NCBI GenBank assembly: GCA_963734495.1
Contig: CAVTHK010000001.1
Span: 352,001 to 416,000, forward strand
Direction: 5' to 3'
Length of the DNA: 64,000 nt
Origin: an uncultured Spirochaetota bacterium
GTDB lineage: Bacteria > Spirochaetota > Spirochaetia > SZUA-6 > CAVTHK01
Shown here piece after piece: positions 1 to 10,281 of the stretch (the first letter of the stretch is position 1; each line of letters begins with the position of its first letter). The notes under the pieces are model-generated. The model saw only the letters and a list, made by a program, of their open reading frames with translations. It was not told where the DNA came from and made no database searches. Made by a program: the position numbers and the translations under genes.

Positions 1-1215
1 CCACGCGAGCAGGATCGCGTACAGCGTCTCGCCCCGCGTGGTGAAGCGCACGTCGCGCCCCGTAAACGGCGCGCGCGCCGTGTCCTTGAAGGAGCCTTCG
101 ACGACGGCCGTTGGACCTTCACCGTAGACCTTCCAGGGCCGGCTGTCGTAGATCGCCTCGCCGTTGACGGCGAGCCACCTGCCGATCTCGAGCAGGACGT
201 TCTGCTCGGGCTCCGGGATGGTTCCGTCGGGCCTCGGACCGATGTTGAGCAGGAGGGCGCCGTTCTTGCTCACGATGTCGATGAGGTCTCCGATGAGCGA
301 GCCTGCGCTCTTGTAGTCCTGCTCGGCGACGAAGCCCCAGGAGTTCTTCGAGATCGAGGTGTCGGTCTGCCAGAACAGCGGCCTGATGCCGGCGAGGAGG
401 CCCCGCTCGACGTCGAAGACCGCGGCCTTCTCGCGGAACGAGCGGTTCTTGTAGTTGATCGCCACGCCGCGGCCCCACTCGGCGCCGCGGTTGTAGTACC
501 AGGCGGCGAAGCGGCGCAGGTACGGCTCGAAGACCGGCTGCTCGATCCACCAGTCGAACCACACGAGCTGCGGCTGGTAGGTGTCGACGAGCTCCGCCGT
601 GCGGGCGAACCAGTCGTCGAGGAACTCCTGGTTCGGCTGCGTGTCGCGCGGCTGGGCAGGCGCGTAGAGGCCGGCGTTGCGGCCGTCCTTGACGTCGGAG
701 TCGAAGCGCATCCCGCCGTCGAAGAACCACCAGTGCTCGGCCCTGTGGCTCGAGAGCCCGAAGACCAGGTACTGGCGGCGCACCGCGGCGGCCAGCTCGC
801 CGATCACGTCGCGGCGCGGGCCCATCCTGGCCGCGGTCCACTCGGAGAGCTTCGAGTCGTACATGGCGAAGCCGTCGTGATGCTCGGCCACCGGCACGAC
901 GAATCGCGCCCCGGCCCTTCGGAAGAGCTCGGCCCACGCATCGGGGTCCCACCGCTCTGCGCGGAACTTCGGGATGAAGTCCTTGTAGCCCGCCTGGATC
1001 TGCGGCCCGTGGGTCGCGACGTGGTGCGCGAACTCCGGCGAGCCCTCCTGGTACATGTTGCGCGGGTACCATTCGTTGCCGAAAGCGGGCACCGAGTAGA
1101 CGCCCCAGTGGATGAAGATGCCGAGCTTCCCGTCCTGGTACCAGGCCGGCACCCGGTAGCTCTCGAGCGACTCCCACGTCGGCTCGAAGGGCCCGCGGGG
1201 GATCTCAACCTTCAC
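1..1215 (-). CDS. alpha-L-fucosidase, GH29 (3' end runs off the window)
   Basis: Manual translation from GTG at 1215 (GGAGG SD upstream): MKVEIPRGPFEPTWESL...KLGIFIHWGVYSVPAF...AEHHDGFAMYDS...LVWFDWW...IVSKNGALLLNIGP, which are GH29 motifs. Absent from the ORF track because there is no stop in the window. Confidence 0.92.
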   Translation of the reverse strand, partial: MKVEIPRGPFEPTWESLESYRVPAWYQDGKLGIFIHWGVYSVPAFGNEWYPRNMYQEGSPEFAHHVATHGPQIQAGYKDFIPKFRAERWDPDAWAELFRRAGARFVVPVAEHHDGFAMYDSKLSEWTAARMGPRRDVIGELAAAVRRQYLVFGLSSHRAEHWWFFDGGMRFDSDVKDGRNAGLYAPAQPRDTQPNQEFLDDWFARTAELVDTYQPQLVWFDWWIEQPVFEPYLRRFAAWYYNRGAEWGRGVAINYKNRSFREKAAVFDVERGLLAGIRPLFWQTDTSISKNSWGFVAEQDYKSAGSLIGDLIDIVSKNGALLLNIGPRPDGTIPEPEQNVLLEIGRWLAVNGEAIYDSRPWKVYGEGPTAVVEGSFKDTARAPFTGRDVRFTTRGETLYAILLAW

Positions 1216-1334
1216 GGCTCGCCTCCGTTTTTCGGCAGCGAGGCTAACACGGGCGACGACGGCGGTCAAACGCGAGCGACATGCGCGACAACGTGGCCGG
1301 CCGCGGTGTACGGTGGCTGCGCGCGGAGGTCGGC

Positions 1335-3629
1335 ATGGGCGAGCTCAAGCTGTGGTACCGCAGGCCCGCGGAGCACTGGAAGCAGGCGCTGCCAGTCGGC
1401 AACGGACGGCTCGGGGCGATGGTGTACGGAAAGCCAATGGGAAGGTTCCCGCGCGTCGAGCGCGTTCAGCTCAACGAAGAGAGCGTCTGGTACGGAGGGT
1501 ACCGCGACCGGCACAACCCGGCCGCCCGCGAGGCGGTGCCGCGGATCCGCAGCCTTCTCATGGAGGGTCACTTCGTGGAGGCCGAGGACCTCGCCGTGCG
1601 CTCGCTCCAGTCGCTGCCCGAGCGCATGAACCCGTACCAGAGCCTCGCTGAGCTCGAGCTGCAGCTCCTCGGGCCCGAAGCGCCGGCGCTGGACTACAGG
1701 CGCGAGCTGGACCTCGCGACCGGCGTCGCACGGGTCGCGTTCATGAGGGGCGGCGCGCGGTGCACGGAGGAGGCCGTCGCCAGCGTCCCCGACCAGGTCA
1801 TTGCGCTTCGGCTCGAGAGCGAGGCGCCGATGTCGTTCTTCGCGAGCCTCGCACGGCGGCCGCTCTCCGGAACGAGCGGGGCGTCCGGACCTGACACTGT
1901 GTTCCACCGCGGCCAGGCAGGGCCCGATGGAGTGCGGTTCTTCGCCGCGGTGCGCGCGGTGGCCGATGGCGGAGCCGTTTCCACGGCGGGCGACAATCTC
2001 TCTGTTGAAGGTACCCGCGCCGTCACACTGCTCGTGGCGGCCAACACCGACTTCCGCGGCGGCGACCCGCAGGCGCGCACGCTCGCGCAGCTCGACGCCG
2101 CGGCCCGGCGCGGCTACGAGGCGATCCGCGCCGACGCCGCGGCCGACCACGCGCGGCTGTTCGGGCGGGTGGCCTTCGGCATTGATGGTGCCGACGAGCT
2201 CGACCGTCTGCCCACCGACGAGCGGCTCGCGGCGGTCAAGGCGGGCGGACGCGATGCAGGGCTGCTCGCGCTCTACTTCCAGTACGGCCGCTACCTGCTC
2301 GTCGCCTCGAGCCGACCCGGCACGCTTGCCGCCACCCTGCAGGGGATCTGGAACGACTCCATGACCCCGCCGTGGGAGAGCAAGTACACCATCAACATCA
2401 ACACCGAGATGAACTACTGGCCTGCCGAGGTCGCCAACCTCGCGGAGTGCCACCAGCCGCTGTTCGACCTCGTCGACCGGATCGCGGAACGAGGCAGCGA
2501 GACGGCGCGCAGGCTCTACGGCTGCCGCGGCTTTGTCGCTCACCACAACGTGGATCTCTGGGCCGACACCGCACCGGTCGATCCCGGCACGCGGCACTCC
2601 TACTGGCCCACGGGCGGTGCGTGGCTCGCGACCCATCTCTGGGAGCACTACCTGTTCTCGAGTGACGAGCGTTTCCTGCGTGAGCGCGCGTGGCCCGTGC
2701 TGCGTGCCTCGGCCGAGTTCTACGCGGATTTCCTGGTCGAGGACGGCGGCGGCAGGCTGTTGTCCGGCCCCTCGGTCAGCCCCGAGAACGCGTTTTGCAT
2801 CCCCGGCGGCGGCGAGGCGGGGCTCTGCATGGCGCCGACGATGGACAACCAGATCATCCGTCTGGTGCTCTCGGCCTTCGTGGAGGCCGCGCGGATCCTC
2901 GGCATGGACGACCCGCTCGAGTCTCGGGCCGCAGCCATGATCCCACGCCTGCCCGCGACGCGCGTCGGCAGCCACGGCCAGATCATGGAGTGGCTCGAGG
3001 ACTACGACGAAGCAGACCCCGGCCACAGACACATGTCGCACCTTTTCGGCCTCTTCCCCGGATCGGAGATCACGCCGGAGGAGACGCCGGAGCTGGCCCG
3101 CGCCGCCCGCATAACGCTCGAGAGGCGGCTCGCGGCGGGCGGAGGCTACACGGGCTGGAGCCGCGCGTGGATGGTGTGCCTGCGCGCGCGCCTGGCGGAC
3201 GGCGAGGCCGCACTCGCCGACCTTTACGCCCTGCTGCGCGACTCGACCTACGACAACCTCTTCGACGGGCACCCGCCCGACTACTTCCAGATCGACGGCA
3301 ACTTCGGCGCCTCGGCCGGGATCGCCGAGATGCTCCTGCAGAGCCACGGCGGCCTCATCCGCCTGCTGCCCGCGCTTCCAGCCGAGTGGGCGTCGGGTCG
3401 TGTGCGCGGCCTGCGGGCGCGCGGCGGCTTCGAGGTGGACGTCCAATGGAAGGGCGGGCGGCTCGAGGCCGCGGAGATCCGGGCCTCGCGCGATGCCATG
3501 CTGCGGGTGCGGGCAGCAGGGCCACTCGCAGCCATCTGCGGGGGCGCGCCAGTCGCGGGCCGCACCGCTGGCGGCATCCTGGAGATCGCAGCCCAGGCGG
3601 GCCGCGCGTACCGGCTTTCCCCGGAGTGA
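1335..3629 (+). CDS. alpha-L-fucosidase, GH95 family
   Basis: [65 protein letters not shown] motifs. GGAGGT SD before ATG at 1335. Confidence 0.93.
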   Translation: MGELKLWYRRPAEHWKQALPVGNGRLGAMVYGKPMGRFPRVERVQLNEESVWYGGYRDRHNPAAREAVPRIRSLLMEGHFVEAEDLAVRSLQSLPERMNPYQSLAELELQLLGPEAPALDYRRELDLATGVARVAFMRGGARCTEEAVASVPDQVIALRLESEAPMSFFASLARRPLSGTSGASGPDTVFHRGQAGPDGVRFFAAVRAVADGGAVSTAGDNLSVEGTRAVTLLVAANTDFRGGDPQARTLAQLDAAARRGYEAIRADAAADHARLFGRVAFGIDGADELDRLPTDERLAAVKAGGRDAGLLALYFQYGRYLLVASSRPGTLAATLQGIWNDSMTPPWESKYTININTEMNYWPAEVANLAECHQPLFDLVDRIAERGSETARRLYGCRGFVAHHNVDLWADTAPVDPGTRHSYWPTGGAWLATHLWEHYLFSSDERFLRERAWPVLRASAEFYADFLVEDGGGRLLSGPSVSPENAFCIPGGGEAGLCMAPTMDNQIIRLVLSAFVEAARILGMDDPLESRAAAMIPRLPATRVGSHGQIMEWLEDYDEADPGHRHMSHLFGLFPGSEITPEETPELARAARITLERRLAAGGGYTGWSRAWMVCLRARLADGEAALADLYALLRDSTYDNLFDGHPPDYFQIDGNFGASAGIAEMLLQSHGGLIRLLPALPAEWASGRVRGLRARGGFEVDVQWKGGRLEAAEIRASRDAMLRVRAAGPLAAICGGAPVAGRTAGGILEIAAQAGRAYRLSPE

Positions 3630-3656
3630 GAGCCCGCGGTGCGCGACGAGAGCGTC

Positions 3657-3685
3657 TTGACGCTCGCGGTAAGAATTCCTACAGT
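3657..3685 (+). promoter_or_regulatory. sigma70-like promoter of vapBC (probably leaderless)
   Basis: TTGACG-17 bp-TACAGT, with the ATG 6 nt downstream. Confidence 0.6.
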
Positions 3686-3691
3686 TGAGGT

Positions 3692-3913
3692 ATGAAAACT
3701 GTCGTCTCTGAGAAGGGGCAGATCACCATACCCAAGGCTGTACGGCAGCAACTCGGCATCAAGCCGGGCACGGTGCTCGAGGTGGAGACCGTCGGAGGCA
3801 AGATCGTCGCGACCAAGAGCGAACGGGTTGATCCCCTGTCCAGGTGGCGGGGCCGCGGACGACTTCCGGGGGGAATCAGCGTCGACGAGTACCTGAAGAA
3901 GGTGCGCGGATGA
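3692..3913 (+). CDS. vapB: AbrB/MazE/SpoVT-family antitoxin
   Basis: VSEKGQITIPKAVRQQLGIKPG AbrB signature; 73 aa; ATGA overlap with the PIN gene. Confidence 0.88.
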   Translation: MKTVVSEKGQITIPKAVRQQLGIKPGTVLEVETVGGKIVATKSERVDPLSRWRGRGRLPGGISVDEYLKKVRG

Positions 3914-4320
3914 CGACCGCGGTGGACACGTCGGTGCTGCTGGACCTGCTCACCGACGACGCGACGCACGGCACTGCTTCGGAAACGGCCTTGAGGAACT
4001 CTCGCGCCGAAGGCAGGCTGGTCGTGTGCGAGTGCGTGCTCGCCGAGTTGCGCCCGGCTCTCTCGAAGGATTCCGAAGTGCAATCGCTGCTGGACGATCT
4101 GGGGATCGACTACGTGGCGTGCTCGAGAGAGAGCGCGTTGCTTGCGGGACGCCACCTCGCGAAGTACTTCCAGCGCGGAGGGCTCCGGGGCAGGATCGTG
4201 CCCGACTTCCTCATCGCGGCGCACGCGCAACTCCACGCGGACCGGCTGCTGGCGCGCGACCGCGGCTTCTTCCGCGACTACTTTTCCAGCCTGAAACTGG
4301 TGGATCCGACTCGGGCTTGA
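3910..4320 (+). CDS. vapC: PIN-domain toxin (VapC family)
   Basis: AVDTSVL, LAE, PDFLIAAHA, LLARD acidic PIN motifs. Confidence 0.88.
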   Translation: MTTAVDTSVLLDLLTDDATHGTASETALRNSRAEGRLVVCECVLAELRPALSKDSEVQSLLDDLGIDYVACSRESALLAGRHLAKYFQRGGLRGRIVPDFLIAAHAQLHADRLLARDRGFFRDYFSSLKLVDPTRA

Positions 4321-4368
4321 CAGGCGGCCGAGCGTCCGGACACAGGGGGTCGCGCGTCAGGAGGGGCC

Positions 4369-5331
4369 ATGCGGGACATACGGATCGGCGCCGCGCAGTT
4401 CGAGCACAGGGACGGCGACAAGGAGCACAACCTCTCGCGCATCGAAGAGCTCACGCGCAGGGCGGCGGAGCACGGCGCCGAGATCGTGAGCTTCCACGAG
4501 TGCAGCATCCCCGGCTACACGTGGCTGCAGACCCTGGACACGGCGGGGCTCGTGCGCGTGAGCGAGCCGGTCCCCGACGGCCCCTCCACGCGGGCTCTGG
4601 CGGCGATCGCGCAAAAGCATCGCGTCATCGTGATGGCCGGGCTGATCGAGACGGCGCCCGACGGCCGCATGTACAACAGCTACGTGACGGTCGGTCCCGA
4701 CGGATTCATCACCCGGTTCCGCAAGCTGCACCCATTCATCCATCCGGACCTCGCTCCGGGCGGCGGCTACCACGTCATCGAGCTTGCGGGCTGCAAGGTC
4801 GGGTTCCTGATCTGCTACGACCTCAACCTCCCGGAGAACGCGAGAATCACGGCCCTGATGGGAGCGGAGATCATCTTCATGCCGCACGTCACCGGATGCC
4901 TTCCGTCGCCGATGCCGGGGCGCGGGACGGTCGACAGGGCGTTGTGGGACAACCGCGAGCGCGATCCGGTTCCGCTGCGCATGGAGCTCGATGGACCGAA
5001 GAACCGCGGCTGGCTCATGCGGTTCCTGCCGTGCCGCTGCTGGGAGAACGGGGTCTACGGCGTCTTCAGCAACCCGATCGGCGTGGACCACGACACGATC
5101 AAAGGCGGCAACGCCATGATCATCGACCCCTTCGGCGAGGTGATGGCGGAGAGCCGTGTGCTCGGCGACGACGTCGTCGTGGGCCTGCTCACGCCGGAGA
5201 AGCTCGAGCAGGGTTCGGGCAAACGGTACCTCCGCGCGCGCAGGCCCGAGCTCTACGGCAGGCTCGTCGAGCCCTCCGCGGAGCCGCCGGTGACGCTGCC
5301 GGGCTGGACGCGGAAGTTCGACACGCCGTAG
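4369..5331 (+). CDS. nitrilase / carbon-nitrogen hydrolase family
   Basis: FHE (Glu), FRKLH (Lys), LICYD (Cys) catalytic triad; GGAGG SD. Confidence 0.88.
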   Translation: MRDIRIGAAQFEHRDGDKEHNLSRIEELTRRAAEHGAEIVSFHECSIPGYTWLQTLDTAGLVRVSEPVPDGPSTRALAAIAQKHRVIVMAGLIETAPDGRMYNSYVTVGPDGFITRFRKLHPFIHPDLAPGGGYHVIELAGCKVGFLICYDLNLPENARITALMGAEIIFMPHVTGCLPSPMPGRGTVDRALWDNRERDPVPLRMELDGPKNRGWLMRFLPCRCWENGVYGVFSNPIGVDHDTIKGGNAMIIDPFGEVMAESRVLGDDVVVGLLTPEKLEQGSGKRYLRARRPELYGRLVEPSAEPPVTLPGWTRKFDTP

Positions 5332-5348
5332 CGCCGGCGCAGGGTCGG

Positions 5349-6245
5349 TCAGCGCCTCGCGGGCAGGGGTTCGCCGCGGGCGAGCCGCACGAAGTCGTCC
5401 ACGTGAGAGGGGAGCTTCTCGTCCGCCCGGAAGCCGAGGTTGACCGCTTTCTGTATGCCGCCGGGGCCGAGCCGCACGGCGGCGAGGCCGCGGGCGCGGG
5501 AGCCCTTCATCATCCAATCAGGGAGAGTGGTCACGCCGCGGCCCGCGCGCACCAGCTCGAGCATGACCTCGGTGGCCTCCACGACCCGCAGGGCGCGCGG
5601 CTGCACCCCCGCCGGGTTCAGGAAGCGGGTAAAGACGTCGAGCCGCTCCCGCGGGACCGGGTAGCTCAGCAGCTCCAGGCCGGCGAGATCGCGAGGCGCG
5701 ACGCGGCGACGGCCGGCCAGGGGATGCCGCTCGCTCACCACCAGTACCAGCTCGTAGTCGAAGACCGGCTCGAAGCGGAGCTCCGGATCGTCGACAGGGT
5801 CCGGGGTCACGAGGACGTCGATCTCGTGGGAGCGCAGCCCGTCGATCCCGTTGAACTGGAAGCGCTGCACGACGTCCACCTCCACGTGCGGCCAGCGCTG
5901 GAGGAAACGGCCCATGATCGTGAGCAGCCATTCGTAGCAGGGATGGCACTCCATGCCGATGCGCAGCAGACCCCGCGAGCCGCGGCCGAACTCGACGAGC
6001 GCCCTGTCGGCCTCCCGAAGGTGCGGCAGGATGCGCCGGCAGGACGCGAGGAGGTAGCTGCCTGCCTGGGTGAGCCGCACGCGGCGGCCTTCGAGCCGCG
6101 TGAGGCGCACGTCGAGCAGCTCCTCGAGGCGCCGGATCGAGTGTGAGACCGCGGACTGCGTGAGGTGCAGCGCCTCAGCGGCCGCCGTGAGCGTGCCGTG
6201 GCGGTCGATCGCTTCGACGATCTCCAGGTGGGCGCGTTGGATCAT
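5349..6245 (-). CDS. metR: LysR-family regulator MetR
   Basis: LysR HTH (AAEALHLTQSAVSHSIRRLE) plus the MetR-type ECHPCYEWL motif; divergent from metE. Confidence 0.88.
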   Translation of the reverse strand: MIQRAHLEIVEAIDRHGTLTAAAEALHLTQSAVSHSIRRLEELLDVRLTRLEGRRVRLTQAGSYLLASCRRILPHLREADRALVEFGRGSRGLLRIGMECHPCYEWLLTIMGRFLQRWPHVEVDVVQRFQFNGIDGLRSHEIDVLVTPDPVDDPELRFEPVFDYELVLVVSERHPLAGRRRVAPRDLAGLELLSYPVPRERLDVFTRFLNPAGVQPRALRVVEATEVMLELVRAGRGVTTLPDWMMKGSRARGLAAVRLGPGGIQKAVNLGFRADEKLPSHVDDFVRLARGEPLPARR

Positions 6246-6258
6246 GACGGCTCCTCAT
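6244..6258. promoter_or_regulatory. putative MetR/LysR box
   Basis: ATGA-cggctcc-TCAT dyad (T-N11-A core) overlapping the metR start. Confidence 0.5.
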
Positions 6259-6324
6259 GAATACAGGACAAAGTATCATTTTTCGTCATGCCTGGAAAAT
6301 GGTCAGGTGTACCCGGAGGCTGCC

Positions 6325-8655
6325 GTGATCACGCTGCACACCCTGGGATACCCGCGCATCGGCGCGCGACGCGAGCTCAAGGACGCCCTCGAGGCGTTCT
6401 GGGCGGGTCGCATCGGCGCGGCCGGCCTGGCCGCCGCGGTCGCCCGCCTGCGCGACACCCGATGGAAGGAGCAGGCGGACGCCGGCATCGATCTCGTCCC
6501 CGCCGGCGACCTGCCGCTCTACGACCATGTCCTGGACACGAGCCTGCTCCTCGGCGCAGTCCCGCGCCGCTTCCGCTCGATCAGCGACCCGGTCGAGCTC
6601 GAGTTCGCCATGGCGCGCGGCGCCACTGGAGGCGACGGCCGGCTCGCCGCCTGCGACATGACCAAGTGGTTCGACACCAACTACCACTACATCGTGCCGG
6701 AGCTCGAGCCCGACCAGGAGCTGTCGCTGCACCCGCGGCGCCTGCTCGACGAGACGGCGGCCGCGATCGCGGCCGGCCTTGCGCCGAAGCCGGTCCTCGT
6801 CGGACCGCTCACCTTCCTCTGGATCGCCAGGACTGCCGGCGACGGGCCGGACCGTCCCGGGTACCTCGAACGGATCCTCCCGCTCTACCGCGAGCTGCTC
6901 GCCCTGCTTGCCGCCGGCGGCGCGCGATGGGTGGAGCTCGACGAGCCGATCCTCGCGCTCGACCTTCCGGAAGCCTGGGTCGAGGCGGCGCGCGCCGCCT
7001 ACGCCCGGCTCGCGGCCGGGGCGCCGCGCCCGAGGATCCTGCTCGCCGCCTACTTCGGCCCGCTGGCCGAAAACCTCCGCGCCGCCGCTGAGCTGCCCGT
7101 CGACGGCCTGCACCTGGACGCGGTGCGGGGGCGCGCGGACGTCAGGGGCGCGGCGGCGCTCGCTGCCGCGGCCTCCGGCAAGGTCCTCTCCCTCGGCGTC
7201 GTGGACGGCCGCAACGTGTGGCGGACCGACCTCGCGGCTGCGCTCGACTCGCTCGAGCCCGTCCACGACAGGCTCGGCGAACGCCTGTGGCTCGCGCCTT
7301 CGTGCTCGCTGCTCCACGTGCCCGTGAGCCTCGCCTCCGAGCGCGGCCTGGACCCTGCCCTGCGCGGCCGCCTCGCGTTCGCGCGCGAAAAGCTCGCCGA
7401 GCTTGCGGTGCTGCGAACGGCGCTCGAGCGCGGGCGCGACGCGGTGCGCGCGGAGCTCGAGGCCGGGGCGGCGGCCGCGGCGCGGGCCGCGGGCCGGGCG
7501 GCCGACGCGCCCGACCCGCGTGTCCGCAGCGAGGCGGTCCGCGCCCGCGCGCGGGCGGTCACGCCCGAGATGGCGCGGCGGCGCGCGCCCCACCCGGTCC
7601 GCGCGCGGCTGCAGCGGACGCGCTTCGCGCTGCCGCCGTTTCCAACCACCACGATCGGCTCGTTCCCGCAGACGGCCGAGCTGCGGCGCGCGCGGCGCGC
7701 CCTCAGGCGCGGCGAGATCGACGAGGCCGCCTACCGCGGCCGGATCGAAGCGGAGATCGCCGCCGTCATCCGCGAGCAGGAGGCGATCGGGCTCGACGTG
7801 CTCGTTCACGGCGAAGCCGAGCGCACCGACATGGTCGAGTACTTCGCGGCGCAGCTCGAGGGCTTCGCCGTCACTGAGAACGGCTGGGTCCAGTCGTACG
7901 GAAGCCGCTGCGTCAAGCCGCCCATCATCTGGGCCGACGTCGAGCGGCCGCGCCCGATGACGGTCTCCTGGGCGCGCTTCGCCCAGTCGCTGACCGCGAA
8001 GCCGGTCAAGGGCATGCTCACCGGCCCGGTGACGATGCTGAACTGGTCCTTCGTCCGCGACGACCTCCCGCGCGCCGAGACGGCTCTCCAGATCGCGCTC
8101 GCCCTGCGCGACGAGGTGCTCGACCTCGAGCGCGCGGGCACCGGCATCATCCAGGTGGACGAGCCCGCGCTGCGCGAAGGGCTTCCGCTCCGAAGCGCCG
8201 AGAGGCCCGCCTACCTCGAATGGGCGGTGCGCGCCTTTGGCGTCGCGACGGCGGCGGTGACCAACCAGACGCAGATCCACACCCACATGTGCTATTCCGA
8301 GTTCGCCGAGATCATCGAGGCGATCGCGGCCCTCGACGCGGACGTCATCACGATCGAGGCGGCCCGATCCGCCATGGAGCTGCTCGAGTCGTTCCGGGGC
8401 TTCCGCTATCCCAACGAGATCGGCCCAGGCGTCTACGACATCCACAGCCCGACGGTCCCTTCGCGGGAGGAGATCGAGGCGCAGCTCGAGCGCGCCGCCG
8501 CGGTCATCGACCCCGACCGGCTCTGGGTCAACCCGGACTGCGGCCTCAAGACCCGCGGCTGGGACGAGGTGCGCCCCTCGCTGCGGAACATGGTCGCCGC
8601 AGCCCGTGCCCTGCGCGCAGTCTACGGGCCCAAGGCCGCCGTGCCCGCAGGCTGA
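6325..8655 (+). CDS. metE: cobalamin-independent methionine synthase
   Basis: LGYPRIG..RELK, MTKWFDTNYHY, TTTIGSFPQT, IHTHMCYSEF, WVNPDCGLKTR. GTG start with GGAGG SD. Confidence 0.96.
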   Translation: MITLHTLGYPRIGARRELKDALEAFWAGRIGAAGLAAAVARLRDTRWKEQADAGIDLVPAGDLPLYDHVLDTSLLLGAVPRRFRSISDPVELEFAMARGATGGDGRLAACDMTKWFDTNYHYIVPELEPDQELSLHPRRLLDETAAAIAAGLAPKPVLVGPLTFLWIARTAGDGPDRPGYLERILPLYRELLALLAAGGARWVELDEPILALDLPEAWVEAARAAYARLAAGAPRPRILLAAYFGPLAENLRAAAELPVDGLHLDAVRGRADVRGAAALAAAASGKVLSLGVVDGRNVWRTDLAAALDSLEPVHDRLGERLWLAPSCSLLHVPVSLASERGLDPALRGRLAFAREKLAELAVLRTALERGRDAVRAELEAGAAAAARAAGRAADAPDPRVRSEAVRARARAVTPEMARRRAPHPVRARLQRTRFALPPFPTTTIGSFPQTAELRRARRALRRGEIDEAAYRGRIEAEIAAVIREQEAIGLDVLVHGEAERTDMVEYFAAQLEGFAVTENGWVQSYGSRCVKPPIIWADVERPRPMTVSWARFAQSLTAKPVKGMLTGPVTMLNWSFVRDDLPRAETALQIALALRDEVLDLERAGTGIIQVDEPALREGLPLRSAERPAYLEWAVRAFGVATAAVTNQTQIHTHMCYSEFAEIIEAIAALDADVITIEAARSAMELLESFRGFRYPNEIGPGVYDIHSPTVPSREEIEAQLERAAAVIDPDRLWVNPDCGLKTRGWDEVRPSLRNMVAAARALRAVYGPKAAVPAG

Positions 8656-8694
8656 CCCGCAGGCTGACCCGCAGGCTGACGGCCCGCGGGCTGA
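8644..8694 (+). repeat. 12-bp tandem repeat CCCGCAGGCTGA x3 plus one degenerate copy
   Basis: Copies at 8644, 8656, 8668 and a degenerate one at 8683. The first copy contains the metE stop codon. Confidence 0.9.
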
Positions 8695-8733
8695 CCAATT
8701 GCACCGCGGCGGCCCCCGTGGTAGAAGACCGTC

Positions 8734-10125
8734 ATGGACAATCAGGCGTTCCTCAAGGTCTCGGGCAAGAACATCGCGAACCGCAAGGGTGAGCCGGTCC
8801 TGCTGCGCGGCGTCTGCCTGGGCGGCTGGCTGAACATGGAGAACTTCATCACCGGCTACCCGTCCTCCGAGCAGGCCCAACGCCAGGCGATCCTCAAGGC
8901 GGTCGGCCCGGACAACACCCAGCGCTTCTTCGACCGGCTGCTCGGCGACTTCTTCGGCCAGGGGGACGCCGACTTCATCAAGTCGCTGGGCCTGAACCTC
9001 GTGCGGATCCCGATCAACTACCGCCACCTCGAGGACGACATGCACCCCTTCGTCATAAAGGACGAAGGTTTCCGCCACCTCGACCGCGCCGTGTCGTTGT
9101 GCGCGGAGCGAGGCATCTACACGATCCTCGACCTGCACTCGGCGCCCGGCGGCCAGAACCAGGCCTGGCACTCCGACAACCCGACGCACAGGGCGCTGTT
9201 CTGGGAGCACCGTCATTTCCAGGAGCGCGTCAACGCCATCTGGCGCGCCATCGCCGCCCGCTACAAGGGCAACCCGTGGGTGGCCGGCTACAACCCGCTG
9301 AACGAGCCGGCCGACCCCAGCGAATCGTACGTCGCCGACTACTACGACGAGATCACCGCGGAGATCCGGTCGGTCGACCCCGACCACATCATCTTCCTCG
9401 AGGGCAATTGCTACTCGCGCGACTTCTTCATGTTCAAGCACGTGATCCCCAACGTCGTGTACACCAACCACGACTACGCGCTGCCGGGCTTTGTCGACGG
9501 CGGCCCGTACCCGGGGGTCTCGCGCGGCCGCTACGTGGACCGGAAGGCGCTGCGCGACACGTTCCTGCAGCGGAGCGAGTTCATGCTGTCGCGCGACCTC
9601 CCGATCTGGGTCGGCGAGTTCGGACCCGTCTACACAGGCGACCCGGCGAAGGACGCGATGCGCTACCGGGTGCTGGAGGACCAGCTCGAGATCTACGACG
9701 AGCACAAAGTGAGCTGGGCGATCTGGACCTACAAGGACATCGGCCTGCAGGGGCTCGCGTACACCAGGCCTGACAGCGCGTGGAACACGTTCGTGCGCCC
9801 CGTCACTGAGAAGAAGGCGAGGCTCGCCACCGACCGCTGGGGCACGACGGACGAGCACATCCGCGACGTGATGGGACCGATCGAGAAGCTCATGGAGAGG
9901 GAGTTCCCGGGCTACAACCCGTTCCCCTCCGGCGTGAGCTGGCAGATCTGCCGTCTCGTGCGGGAGATCCTGTTCGCCGAAGCGGTGGTGCCCGAGTTCG
10001 GAAAGCTGTTCGAGGGCGCAAACGGCTCGAAGCTGGAGGAGCTCGCCTCTTCGTTCCGCTTCGACAGGTGCGCGGTGCGCGACAAGCTCGCCGCCGCTCT
10101 CAAGGCGCACGCGCGGCCTCGATAG
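8734..10125 (+). CDS. glycoside hydrolase family 5
   Basis: LRGVCLGGWL, RIPINY, LDLH, YNPLNEP (acid/base), WVGEFG (nucleophile); no signal peptide. Confidence 0.9.
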   Translation: MDNQAFLKVSGKNIANRKGEPVLLRGVCLGGWLNMENFITGYPSSEQAQRQAILKAVGPDNTQRFFDRLLGDFFGQGDADFIKSLGLNLVRIPINYRHLEDDMHPFVIKDEGFRHLDRAVSLCAERGIYTILDLHSAPGGQNQAWHSDNPTHRALFWEHRHFQERVNAIWRAIAARYKGNPWVAGYNPLNEPADPSESYVADYYDEITAEIRSVDPDHIIFLEGNCYSRDFFMFKHVIPNVVYTNHDYALPGFVDGGPYPGVSRGRYVDRKALRDTFLQRSEFMLSRDLPIWVGEFGPVYTGDPAKDAMRYRVLEDQLEIYDEHKVSWAIWTYKDIGLQGLAYTRPDSAWNTFVRPVTEKKARLATDRWGTTDEHIRDVMGPIEKLMEREFPGYNPFPSGVSWQICRLVREILFAEAVVPEFGKLFEGANGSKLEELASSFRFDRCAVRDKLAAALKAHARPR

Positions 10126-10281
10126 GAATCGCCGCTTCCGCGCCGAGCGCCGGCCGTGGATTCGCCCCGGCTCCTTTTGCCCCGCTTCACCATGTGCAAC
10201 TATCTTTGAGGCGGCGGCAGCCGGCTTCCCGCCAGCGGCGCATAGCGCCGGTTCGCGCGGCAGCCGTCGGAAGGGGTCCGG

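Noticed and set aside
6246-6324. SAM or cobalamin riboswitch upstream of metE
   Set aside because: The intergenic region is only about 80 bp, has no recognisable aptamer, and is explained by divergent MetR control.
6286-10110. 1274-aa minus-strand ORF and many similar long antisense or alternate-frame ORFs
   Set aside because: These are shadow ORFs of high-GC genes, rich in Arg/Ala/Gly, without motifs, and opposite well-supported genes.
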